Source: Takakia lepidozioides (taxonomy: Eukaryota; Plantae; Bryophyta). From it: a stretch of DNA of 64,000 nucleotides. The position numbers were made by a program, and so were the translations under genes. Below are positions 13,992 through 24,668 of the stretch, one piece after another (the stretch's first letter is position 1; each line of letters opens with the position of its first letter). Below the pieces are notes generated by a model. The model did not search any database. It worked only from the letters and a program-made list of their open reading frames with translations, and was not told where the DNA came from. The DNA is taken from contig CM060733.1 in assembly GCA_030704615.1 (NCBI GenBank), positions 61,628,001 through 61,692,000 of the forward strand, in the 5' to 3' direction.

Positions 13992-15328
13992 CACTACAAG
14001 AAGATGACCTTATGCTTGTGAGTGCGGAGTGTAAGGATAGTTTTGCACTTGTGTTGATGTACACCAAGGAGTGAGAGAGCTAGGGAAAGCTCAGATATCT
14101 CACAAGGCTTACAAGGTGTTGCAAGGGAGAGTGTTTTTGCATTGCATCAAGGAGGTGGAGAGCTCTTGAGTTACAAGACTTTGCAAGTGTTGCAAGGAGA
14201 AAGCATTATGTGCGCGGAAGCAAAATGTTTGAAAGTTTGAGATGAGAGCTAGAAGAAGGAGCGCCATCTCTTGTATCTCAAGTGTTATGACAACCATTTG
14301 CCAAGGAAGTGGCTTGTATGGTGAGAAGAATCATGCATTGAAGGTTTGTGGAAGTCTTATTACACACTAGGGTTTCAAAGCTTGGAAATGAAGCTCTTAC
14401 ATCACAAGAGGATCGTCTTGTGCATGGAAAGCATAGATGCTAGGGTTTCATGAGCTTTGCAAAGCACTGTGGAATGAAGGCGTGCATGTGATGACATGTG
14501 GCTAGCCACCAAGAGGCTATGGAGTGCTTGTTCTAGGTTCAAGGTTTCTATGATGTGGGAGAAGAGCCAAGGAGCGGCGCGAGCTTGGGCTTGAAGCACA
14601 GTGAAGGAAAAAGGCTGATTTCCCTTGTGAGAAAGGAGTTCATGTGTGGAGCATACTTTCAACCCATTTGAGGCTTGTATTTTCAGGTTTTGGAGTGCAA
14701 GACAAGAAGTAATGGGCTGATTTCTCTTATACGAGAGCGGCGCATGTATGGAGCATATTTTCTGCCATTGAGGCTTCTATTTTCAAGCTATGGAGAGCAA
14801 GAAAAGAAGGGAGAGGGCTGGTTTCCACGTAGGTGAAAGAAAAACACTTGTGGAGCATGCTCTCTAGTTGGGGTTTGCAACGTCAAGCTCTAGGAGAGCT
14901 AGGAGAGTGAAGGGACGGAGCGGATTCTCTTGTGTGTGAAGATACGCATGTGTAGAGCATGCTTTTGGCTTGAGCTTTGCAATTCCAAGCTTGAGAAGAG
15001 TGGCTCTTGAGCTAGCAAGTGAAAGGAGCTTGAACGACCAAGGCTTGAGAGGAGATAATAAGGCTTGGTGACTTGCTAAAGGAGGTAAAAAGCTTTGTTC
15101 TTGAGTTCCAAAGAGATGTGAAGCTTGTTGTGTGGCAAATGCATTGCTAGAGGAGTTGGACCAAAGCTTGGTTGCACCTTGAGGTGAAGAAGATCAAGAG
15201 AGCTTGTCTTGGTATCACATGGAACTCATGAAGGCTTGAGAAGATCAAACATGAAGCTCAAGGAAGCACAAACCCTAGCATGGGATGCACAAACCCTAGC
15301 ATGAGATGCACATGGAACCCTAGGTTCA

Positions 15329-15456
15329 TGGGAACAGTCACCAAAGTGTGGGAACGGTCACCGTAGTCTGGGAACCGTCATTGTAGTGTGGGAACCGTCA
15401 CTGTAGTCTGGGAACGGTCACCAAAGTTTTGGAACGGTCACTATAGGCTGGGAACA
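15329..15456. repeat. 20-bp tandem repeat, about 7 copies (TGGGAACSGTCAYYRWAGTS)
   Basis: GGAAC recurs exactly every 20 bp from 15331 to 15451. Confidence 0.9.
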
Positions 15457-15489
15457 TAGTGACATATAAAGACAATATAGGGCTTTTGG

Positions 15490-15900
15490 AGGATTTTCCT
15501 TTTGGAGGATTGTTTGGGGGATCTTTGGGGTCCTTTGAGGAGCTTTTGTAAGGCACTTTGAAGAGCTCTTGAAGAGGTATTTGGATAACTGTTTGGAGGA
15601 CTATTTGCGGTCCTTGAAGGCCAAGTTTTGGCAAGTTTTTGGAGCTTTTGAAAGGCTATGTGGAGGACCATTTGGGGTCTTTGAAGGCCAATATTTGTCA
15701 AGTTTTTGGAGCCTTTGGAAGGCTGTTTGGAGGGCTGTTTGGGGTCCTTGGAGGCCGATATTTGGCGAGCTTGAGGAGTCTTTGGCGACTTGTTGAAGGA
15801 CTATTTGGGGTCCTTGAGTGCCGAGATTTGGCAAGCTCTTGGGGCCTTGGTGTACTGTTTGAAGTACCATTGTGCAAGCTTTGGGAGCCTTAGTGAGATT
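15490..15900. repeat. Degenerate 67-bp tandem repeat in the retroelement leader
   Basis: TGGAGG...TTTGGGGTCCTTGAAGGCC...TTTGGCAAG recurs at 15594, 15661 and 15728, with weaker flanking copies. Confidence 0.75.
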
Positions 15901-16789
15901 GTTTGAGGGACATCTTGAGGGCTCTTAGAGAGTTATTTGAGAGATCTTTGAAAGGTCTTGTCTATTGCTTAAGTAAAAGAGTGTGGAGATAGGGTAGTGG
16001 GATGAGATCATGTTGTGACAGGAATTGCTTTAGTCTCTCTTCCTTGTAGTCTTCCACTCTCTGTAGGCCAAAACCTTTCCGTAGGTGGAGGCAAGAGTCA
16101 GTCCGGGTTTGGGCTAGGGTGTCTTGCGGAAGCGACATTGTGGAGTGTTTTTTGTGTGGGGGGTTTACTGTTTTGATTTTCTTGTGTTTGGATCCCCTCT
16201 ACACCTGCATGCTTGACTGTGCGCCATGTCAATTTTGTGTGGGCGCTTGTTTTCATAGGAGGTTGGTCCGGATTTGATCACCGGTCAATCTTAGAGCGTA
16301 CTGTCGGTGGTGAGGTTGGGGTGACGCCATTATTGTTCTCTTATGGTAAGGCTGGATTGATGACCAGCAGACCATATGAGTGCTTGCGGTGGATGCAGTG
16401 CAGGTGCAGGTTTATGTTATGAACCTAGTAGTCTAAGCCATTAGCTGCAACAGGTTCTCTAACCGGTTATCTTGTGGAAAGGGGGATTAGAGACAGGGGC
16501 GTGGAAGGGGCTGTTTCAGCACCTTGAGGGGCCGCCCATGGATGATTACCATGAGTTTAGGCGGGGACATGAGGTGGAGATTGAGGAATGGCGGGAGTAT
16601 TGGTCACCTGACTATATCTCCATCACCAAAGGCACATAAGGGCAGCGGCGACACCAGCAGCTACACCAACATCCCAATCGCAAGCACTAGTAGTGGGACA
16701 AGTGGTACAAGAGCTGGGAAATCTACTCAAGCTCCTGTTGCAGCACCAGCCCGTGCCTACCTTTAATCTAGTTGTGGAGTTCTTGATCG

Positions 16790-17400
16790 AGGAGTTGAGA
16801 AGAAACTACCAGGGGAAGTTGCGGAGCTTGTAAGAGTTCCAACGGAGGCCTACTGAGAGTTTGAGGGAGGCTTACACGCGCATGAGATGCTTGATAAATG
16901 TAACCCAAGCGGTTACGGAAGCTCAGGCAGTCCAATTCTGGTATGGGATATTGGACAAGGAGCTGAAGAGAAAGGTGCGGGATGCAACTCTCCTACAAGT
17001 GGACCAACTCACCTTAGCAAATGTGTTTTTGCTGGCAGAGCAGATAGAGCTCAATATGGTGGAGGAGCGAGTGGTTATGGTGGGGTTTGGCAATGAGACA
17101 CAACGAAGTGGGGCTCCTAGCCAACAATAACTACTACCCTAACGTGTTCAAGGCAACAAGGGGGCTCAGGTGAAGCCCAGGTAAGGACAGAGAGGATCTC
17201 AGATGCAGAGGTCTCTTCCTTCATTCTCGGGCCAACAACAGTTGGGTGTGACTTGTTGGGATTGTGAAGGACCCCATGTCAAGAAGGATTTCCCGGAGAG
17301 AGACAAAGGGCCTGCACAGGCACAGCCTACATAACTATAGTGTGGGCATTGTTGAAAGTATGGGCATGAGTAGGCCCATTGTTATGGCTTGCATCTTGAG
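16790..17400 (+). pseudogene. gag: gag: capsid-like region plus two zinc knuckles
   Basis: FQRRPTESLREAYTRMRCL...AVQFWYGILDKELKRKV (Retrotrans_gag-like). Knuckles CWDCEGPHVKKDF (~17254) and CGHC*KYGHE*AHC (~17341). Contains stop codons. Confidence 0.75.
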
Positions 17401-18339
17401 CTACGGCCAGGCCAGTTCCAAGGGAACAATGGTGGCCGAGGACGAGGCAATGTAGTCCAGAGAGGTAGAGAAGGCAGAGGTTGGGGTGTAGGTTGTAACC
17501 AAAACCAAGGAGCACAGGGTCAAGCTCAAGGTCATGACCAAGGCATGGTGGATAGACTTGCCCAGCTAGAGCAACGTCTTGCTGCCATGGCCACTACTCA
17601 TGTTGCGCCAGCTCCAAGGCTTGAGGTTCAAGCCCCACCTGCACAACCTCCTATGCCTAGGGAAGACCAGATTGGTATGGGCTTCATGTGTGGAACCGCA
17701 CGTGCAGGGCCATTGCATGTATTGGACTCTGCTGCTGCTGTCACTCGAGCAGCAACGCGTGCTCCTGAGCCAAGAGGAGCGGATGTGGATTTTGATCCAC
17801 AAAGGGGGGAAGCGAGTCGTCAGACAAGGCTTCCACAGCCTTTACATTGGCTGAGACAATGCCACCTATGCCATCAATGGCACCCGCTCGCCCAGGTGTG
17901 TCGACAGAGGTAGAGCTACGAGTACCATTGGGGAGAGTTGGTGTGGCTCGGGAAATGCCAGTGGGTGGTGCTGCAAAGCAAGGTGCAGCCAGTACATTGT
18001 TGGGAGCAGCTACGGCGGTTTGCCAAGCTCCATTGTTTTCTGCAATGACCATTGCAGTGCCGGGAATTTGGCCAGCTGCTGTGTTCAGACTAGCAGCTAC
18101 ACTCTGTGAGACGAGTGATTCATCTGCATTATCTGCGGGGATAGCAGATAAGGTGCAGTCTATGGATGCCTTGGATTCGTGGGTGAAGTCAACCACAGCT
18201 GCGCCATGGCAAGCGGCAGCTGCAAGGTTGGAGGAGTTGTCAGCTAGGCCAGCCATTGAGCGCAGCATGGTGACTCCTGGAGTAGTCTTGGTGGACAATC
18301 AAGATGAAGTGTTTCAGTTGGGTGGCCCAACCGGGAGGA

Positions 18340-18720
18340 GGTATAGGCCATTGCGGGTCTTGTTGGACTCGGGAGCATAGCCTTTGATGTTGGGGAGAGC
18401 AGCAATTGCAGGCTTGGGCCTTACAGAGACGGACTTGGAGCCTTGCCCTTTCCAAATTCAAACATCTTTGGGTGGTTCAAAGAAGGTGCGAGGGCCTTGG
18501 CGCCAGGTGGCGACCCGCGGGGTTTGTTTGCGACGGCCCGACGTTGCAAAAAGGTGTTGCGGGGTTGGCTCTTTATTCGATTGCAGCGGGATCATCCTAC
18601 GGACGGCTTAGTCATGAGAGCTAAAGCCATTGTTACGGACGCGATGTCCTATGATGTGCTTGTTGGTGGGGCTGTGTTGTACCCATGGGATTTACTTTGG
18701 ACTTTTGGGAGGAAACGATA
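18340..18720 (+). pseudogene. Retroviral-type aspartic protease
   Basis: Catalytic motif RVLLDSGA followed by a stop, with SYDVLVG further downstream. Confidence 0.75.
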
Positions 18721-19129
18721 TTCTACCGGCCGGAGCGGCAATTAGGGGATGACCGACGTGCACTGCTCCCAGTGCGGTTTATTGGGAATGTAACGGTGGA
18801 TCATAGGAACATGATGCCAACATTGGCTGCATTCTCAGGTGTGGTGGCTTGGGGTGGTGAGCTCTTGGAGGGCAATAGCCATGCAAATGATAGGCCACCA
18901 TCTGATGAGGACAAGCAATTGGCATACAAGGCTGAGTTGCTTCCTCATGTTCCTGTGCATAGCTCACTGTGGGGTGCAATTGGGGATTTACAGTGAGTGG
19001 CAAACTAGTGTGTGCAACAAGCATGGCAGGAGGCCTTTCCATCGATAGGTGAGGGGAGTTTCAGTGACATCACCTGGACCTCCTCAGTTAGCTCCATTAG
19101 ACACAGTGCCTATTATCTGGCAACAACCT

Positions 19130-20090
19130 GACTCAGGCATTTGTTTGCTAGACCTGTTTGGAGGCATGAGCACTGGGCTTGTAGGAGTGTTGCAAGTAGG
19201 AATCAAAGTACGCAAGTACTTGTATGTGGAGAAGGATGAGATTGCTCGGCGTGTTTCCATGCGCCATGTTGCCTTGCTCACACATCAATATCCCGAGTTG
19301 TTGCCTCTCTCAGCAATTCAAGGGTACTAAAAGGCCTTGCCAGCAGACATTACCATGCTGGGCGGCGGAGGATTTGGATTGGCATGGTCCCATTGACTTG
19401 GTGATAGGAGGGTGCCCTTGCCAAGGACATTCTCCCGTAGGTCATGGTAATGGTTTGCATGATGCACGATCGCATCTGTTTTGGGAGATGCTGCGAGTGT
19501 TGCGTGACTTGCAGGTGAGGCAAGTGCAACCTCCAGCTTACATCCTGGAGAATGTTCATCTCATGGGGGATTCTTGGGCTAGGGTTATGGCCAGTGTACA
19601 TCAGATCCGGTCATGGATTGGACCAGCTGTATTGTTGGATGCAGCTGCAGTGGGTTCACGGGCACATAGGCCTAGGTTGTGGTGGACCAATCTTGCACCA
19701 CCAGAGTTGCTCAAGAGAGCCTATGATTCCATTCATCGGCCACCCAACCTCACGGTTGAGGGCATTTTGGACCAAGGGAGACAACCACAAAGAGTGCAAA
19801 ATGATGACCGTCCACCTTTGGCGGTGATCAATCGAGTGGGGCAACCACGTGCGGCCTTGCCTACACTCATGAGTTTTCCTTCAACTCATGCTTTTCGAGA
19901 CAATGGTCCAGGGTTGATTTGGGACAATGTGCTACAGCAACTAGTGGAGCCTGGTGCAGATGAGCGAGAGTGGGCAAATGGGGTGTGCCACGGGCACTAT
20001 AGCTATGCCAACTCTGTTAGAGGAATCATGACGCCAGGTGTTGGGTCAGACAATGGATCTCAATTGCTTGACATGGGTCATTGGCTTGTG
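19130..20090 (+). pseudogene. C5 cytosine DNA methyltransferase domain (DNMT3-like) within pol
   Basis: Motif I LLDLFGG (19151), II YVEKD, IV PIDLVIGGCPCQ (PCQ 19416-19424), VI ENV (19548-19556), VIII AHRPRLWWTNL, IX EREWAMG and X RQVLGQTMD, in canonical order. One stop (19328-19330) and frameshifts near 19365 and 19975. Confidence 0.92.
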
Positions 20091-20599
20091 CATGGCTGAG
20101 CAACAGATGCAAGCATTGGTGGCTACTTCTGCACTTCCATTGGATATTGCACCATCTCTGCCAACCGGGACGGTGGAGGCAGTGAGTGGGGGCGAGCATA
20201 AGATCATGGGGTGCAAACATCCATGACAGATGTAGGATGAGATGCGCAAAGAGAGAGTCATTGGATCTCTCAAGCAGCAGTATGAGGAGTGGGGAGAGCC
20301 ATACACTGAGGATCAGTTGGAGGCCAAGGTGGCTAAGGTTTTTGAAGAGGTTGAGAATGTTTCTTGTTCAAAGGATGTTCTCAAGGTGGCTATGGCGGAA
20401 CAAGTGGAGGCTACGCCACAGTTAGGGTGGGCGGACAAGGCCCAAGAGGTTGCTATCTAGCAACCAAAAGATGCGTCTCCTACTTCCAAGCCTGGTGTAC
20501 CCAAGGTTACAGTCATTGTGGACAATTGGGAACCAGATGTTGGACCTACAGTCACCGGAGGAGAGAGATGGAGGATCCAGCGATTTCTAAGGGCTTATA

Positions 20600-21410
20600 G
20601 AAATTGTTTTGCCTTCGGTTGAAAGGATTTGGGGAGTTTGAAGGGCCGGGAGATTCGCAAGTGATACGCCAATTTTTCGAAGGCCCTACATGTATAGTGA
20701 CATGGAGAGGTCTTTGATCGAGTCATGGACTATGGAATTGTTCGAAGCTGGATTGGTGGAGTTGTCAGGCGGGGAGTATGCCTCGGCAACGGTGAACCGT
20801 CAGACTAAGTCCGATAGATATGCTATGCCAACTCCAGAGGAAATCTTTGATGCCATTGGGCATGCGAAGGTGTTTAGTACATTGGACTTACTATCGGGTT
20901 ATCACCAGTTGCCAATCAAAGAGGCTGACAAGCAAAAGACGACATTCTGGGGGATTGACCAGCATGAGAAGGATTGTTTGTACCAATGGCGCTTCCTACC
21001 ATTTGGGAAGAATGCTCCAGCAGAGTTTCAGAGGGTCATGGATAGGATTCTTGTAGGGCTAGACTTCGCCCGGTGCTATATTGATGACATCATCATCTTT
21101 AGTGCCACGGTTGAGGAGCATGAGAGACACCTTCTGGTGTTGTTTGAGCGCTTGAAGGTGCATGGATTGAAACTGCACCCTGGCAAGTGCAAGTTCTTCC
21201 ATGATCAGATTGAGTATCTAGGCCACATGATATACCCTGGAGGATTGGGTGTTCAACAGACAAAAGTGGAGGCTATTGCACGCATTCCACGCCCCATAGA
21301 TGTAAGCAAAGTTCGTGCTTTCATGGGGTTGGCAAACTACTATCGTCGGTTTGTCAAGGGATTTAGCAGCATTGCAAAGGCTCTTACCAAGTTGATCAAG
21401 GTGGGTTAGG
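20600..21410 (+). pseudogene. pol: Reverse transcriptase (gypsy type)
   Basis: YAMPTPEEIF, FSTLDLLSGYHQ, LPFG-KNAPAEFQRVMD, YIDD (21077-21088), KCKF, YLGH and FMGLANYYRRFVKGFS. Confidence 0.95.
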
Positions 21411-21900
21411 AGTGGCAGTGGGAGGAGGAGCAGGAGCAAGCCTTTGAGGAACTCAAGGCTCGGTTGACTTCTGCGCCTATACTGAGGCGGCCTATTCGGA
21501 GGCGGCCTATTCGGGGGCGGCCTTTCCATCTACATACGGATTGGAGTATGCTGGGGATTGGAGCAGTGCTCATATAAGTGGATGATGAGGGAAGAGAGTT
21601 CATAGTGGCATATGCTAGCCGCTTGAACAATGATGCCGAGGCAAAATATAGTTCCTATGAAGGGGAGTGTCTAGCTGTAGTATGAGTAGTGGCACATTTT
21701 AGATGCTACCTCTATGACAATCTCTTCACCCTTGTCACGGATTACCAACCATTGAAGTGGGTGATGGAGTCAGACAAGCTTATAGGGAAGCTTGCACGGT
21801 GGGCACTTATGCTTCAAGAGTACGACTTCCAGGTGGTGCATTGAGCCGGAATAGTCAACCGGGATGCGGATGGATTGAGTCGCAATCCATGCACAATTGA
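21410..21900 (+). pseudogene. RNase H domain
   Basis: LHTDWS, AYASR, EGECLAVV, VTDYQPLKW and NRDADGLSR, with several in-frame stops. Confidence 0.9.
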
Positions 21901-22259
21901 GCTTGATGATACAAGAGCTCATTGGCATGGTGAGACAGACGAGGAGATGGTGCCAAGATGGCACACATCTGCCTTTTTGGGCATTCTAGCAATGGGAGCT
22001 CAAGCTGGTCCATCCAATGTGATTGGTCATAGAGATAGTGTGCATGGCAATCCAGAGATCAGTGAAGAGCTTGGTGGTGCTAAGGATGTGCAAGAAGATG
22101 CAACAGTGTTGGCCTACCCTCGTACTAGAGAGACAGCAGCCAGTGTGACTGCTAAGGAGAGAGATCGGATCCTACAACGAGCCAAGAGGTTCAAGTGGGA
22201 GGGGACTCACCTACTCCGAGTATGGGAGGATGGACAAGTGAGGATTGTGCCTCATCCAA

Positions 22260-22800
22260 CATAACCAGCGCGATTGGTACGCCATGCCCATGAGGAGTTG
22301 GGACATTTTGGAGTGCGGCGCACTCATAGTTTGCTGCAAGGACAGTATTGGTGGCGGGGCATGCACACGGATGTACAGCAGTTAGTGGCAATGTGCATGG
22401 TGTGTGATAGAGTGCGGGCTTCTTTCAATGCATCTACTCCACAATTGCATCTTTTACCCATTATGGATTTGGGCTAGAGTTGTTCAAGAGAGTCATGCCT
22501 ATGGCTTTTGAGAACCTTGCTATTGCCCAACACCGAGACATATTGAGGTACGCCACTATACGTGGAGGGGGGTATCGGCCAGATGTTTGGCGATTCCATC
22601 CTGGGGACTATGTGTATTTGCAGCAGACAGTGTCTACGACCTTGGATGTCACAACAGGTCGTATGATTCTAAGGGTCCGGGAGGTGTTGCCTTCAGGAGT
22701 GTTGATTCTGGAGGGTCGAGATGACATGGTATGGAAGGACCATGTGCGCAAATGTGCGCCATGTCACCTTTCACATGTGGATGAGATAATATATCCTAAC
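22260..22800 (+). pseudogene. Integrase N-terminal HHCC zinc finger joined to the C-terminal part; DDE core absent
   Basis: HEELGHFG...YWWRGM...CMVC then LLPIMDLG* runs directly into ELFKRVMPMAFENLAIAQHRD...FHPGDYVYL. Confidence 0.85.
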
Positions 22801-22824
22801 CTTGCAGTGGTACCTACAGGGTTG

Positions 22825-22965
22825 CGTTGCATGCTATGTGGGCATGTTGGTGGTGCCGCGACCATGTTGGTGTGTGACAAATGCTCAAGGGGGTGGCACA
22901 TGGGTGCTTGACACCGCCACTTGAGGAGGCTCCTAGTGGAGAATGGTTGTGTCCACGATGCCTTG
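22825..22965 (+). pseudogene. C4HC3 PHD finger at the pol C-terminus
   Basis: CMLC...MLVCDKCSRGWH, then after a 1-nt frameshift CLTPPLEEAPSGEWLCPRC. Confidence 0.9.
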
Positions 22966-23287
22966 AACAGAGGTAGTGGGGCATGACAGTGGCGAGGTTG
23001 ACAAGTGATCCAAGGTCTAGCTAACGGGAGTTCAATGCCATGGACACCCAATTGAAGCCATGGATTGCAGGAATGCGAGTAACGATGGGGCTACTTTTGC
23101 ACCCGGCCTCTTGATCTATTGACTTCAGATACTGGGACTTGGGCGATTGATGACCAAACGATGATCTTATTGGGATGGATACTTGTCAGCTATCCGGTGT
23201 TAGAGGGATCTGCAGCACATCCATGACATAACCTGGAAATTTGTGTGATTTCTTTCTCTTGTGTCTTGGTTGATAACTTTCGTGGCT

Positions 23288-23297
23288 AGGAGGGCGA
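23288..23297 (+). promoter_or_regulatory. Putative polypurine tract
   Basis: AGGAGGGCGA lies just upstream of TGTGGTATAG, the start of repeat B. Confidence 0.5.
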
Positions 23298-23298
23298 T

Positions 23299-23822
23299 TG
23301 TGGTATAGCTTTCTAGGATTGTGTGCTTAGATTGTGTGGTGGACAACGATGTATGTTGTGGTATGATGCTTAGGTGCACGACGGCTGTCATGGTTTTAGT
23401 CATGGTTATCTAGAATTACCTACTTCTAGTTAACTAGGACATTTTAGATATTTATATTTATATTTTGTGTGTTGGGACTTCATTTGGTCTCACATACCAA
23501 ATGAGGTGTCGAGCCTCACTTGGGACATGGGGATAGGTTTTCCCCTTGTGAGGATGGAGGAGATTTATCTTCTTGTAGTTGAGCCTCCATGAGCCTCTCT
23601 CACCTCCATAGCTCTAGGTATTGAGAGGGAGTGTGGTGAGGGCTTTGTAGGGTGGATTCCCTTAGCAAGGGTGCCCATGGCTGGACTTAGTTTATGTGAT
23701 TGAGTGGTTCATGAGTGGTGTGTTTCGATTATGTTCACTTTCATTATCATTGTGGTATAGCTTTCTAGGATTGTGTGGCGGACAACGATGTATGTTGTGG
23801 CACGGTGCTTAGGTGCACGACA
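23299..23822 (+). repeat. 3' terminal repeat block B-GC-A'-B'
   Basis: B 23299-23383, GC, A' 23386-23750, B' 23751-23822. Confidence 0.9.
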
Positions 23823-24333
23823 CCCTAAACCCCAGATCTGATCAATCCCTCTCACACACGTCTTTGCCGACGTGGAGTCCCTTCTCATTTTTTTTTAATT
23901 TTTTTTTTGGTTAAGATCTCAATCCTGTCACACCTTTCGTAACATGGCTGGAGACCCCTTTTGCGCCGTGCGGGCGCTTAGGGCACAAATCGCCTCACTC
24001 ATGGTTGTGGGTCCATCCAACATGTTGGATGTGATAAAGGTGTCCACCTTACCACCGGAAGATAGTAGCCTTTGGGGGCAAAGTGACACCATAGTAAGTT
24101 AGGCTTGCTTCAGTAATGCCTTCAATTTTTATTTTATTTTTCAAGGCACCACAAACACCACAACTCCTAAATCAAATCCCACCTGAATTTTGATCCTCTT
24201 CATAGCAAGTGTTGATTAAGCAGTTGTTCTTTGCTTCACCTTCCTTATCATCCGTATCGCTCAGCTTGTCTCTTTTACTGTCATTGCCATGGTAGGTTGT
24301 GTTTTTCCTTCTCGCTCTCCGTGTGGTAGCCAC

Positions 24334-24668
24334 GAGTGTTGGGCGGTTATTTGATTTTTTTCATAACCAGGTTCCGGTTGCTTCAAATTTTATGGAACTA
24401 CTAACCTGTGGTTGCGGTTATTAAATTTTTTATGGCCAGACTCTAACTTGCGGTTGCGGTTACTTGTAAAAATCTCAAATAATCGGTGGTTTTCAGCGAG
24501 TATTGGGCGGTTCTTTAAAAGGTTCTTTGCTTGGTTATTTGAATGCCTGACCTCCGCCAGTTCCTAACTGGACCGGTTACTTCATTTTTTCACCTTCGCT
24601 GGTCATATATATACATATAACTGGATAGTTAACCGTCGGGTATTAGAGACAAATCTAAATAACCGCCC
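24334..24668. mobile_element. hAT-like MITE
   Basis: Inverted GGGCGGTTATTT / AAATAACCGCCC ends, many internal CGGTTA motifs, and flanking direct repeat GGTAGCCAC (24325-24333, 24669-24677). Confidence 0.55.

Larger units (their letters stand above)
13654..23822 (+). mobile_element. Ty3/gypsy-type retrotransposon carrying a DNMT3-like methyltransferase and a PHD finger (degenerate copy)
   Basis: Ends TGTCATG...CACGACA flanked by CCCT (13650-13653, 23823-23826). Domain order is Gag, PR, MTase, RT, RH, INT, PHD. Terminal direct repeats A (13654-13991 / 23386-23750) and B (23299-23383 / 23751-23822). Confidence 0.9.
13208..23983. mobile_element. Short TIR element (~0.6 kb excluding the nested retrotransposon) with piggyBac-like ends
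   Basis: Perfect 13-bp TIR CCCTAAGCGCCCG (13208-13220) / CGGGCGCTTAGGG (23971-23983). TTAA lies immediately left, but the right flank is CACA rather than TTAA. Confidence 0.5.

Noticed and set aside
15329-15456. Regularly spaced 20-bp repeats (also the 36-bp array at 42976-43104) resembling CRISPR
   Set aside because: Pure tandem units with no unique spacers and no cas genes, in a eukaryotic context.
13992-16051. CACTACAAGAA start with a partial inverse TCCTTGTAGTC, suggesting a nested CACTA
   Set aside because: The right end is not TAGTG and there is no 3-bp TSD.
19130-20090. Bacterial restriction-modification MTase or contamination
   Set aside because: The domain is embedded in a eukaryotic retroelement pol with DNMT3-like motifs and flanked by intron-containing plant genes.
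13654-23822. DIRS/Ngaro tyrosine-recombinase identity suggested by the split repeats and an MTase
   Set aside because: Aspartic protease, HHCC integrase finger, gypsy RT, TG..CA ends and a TSD are present. No YR motifs were seen, and the MTase is C5-type rather than Dam-like.
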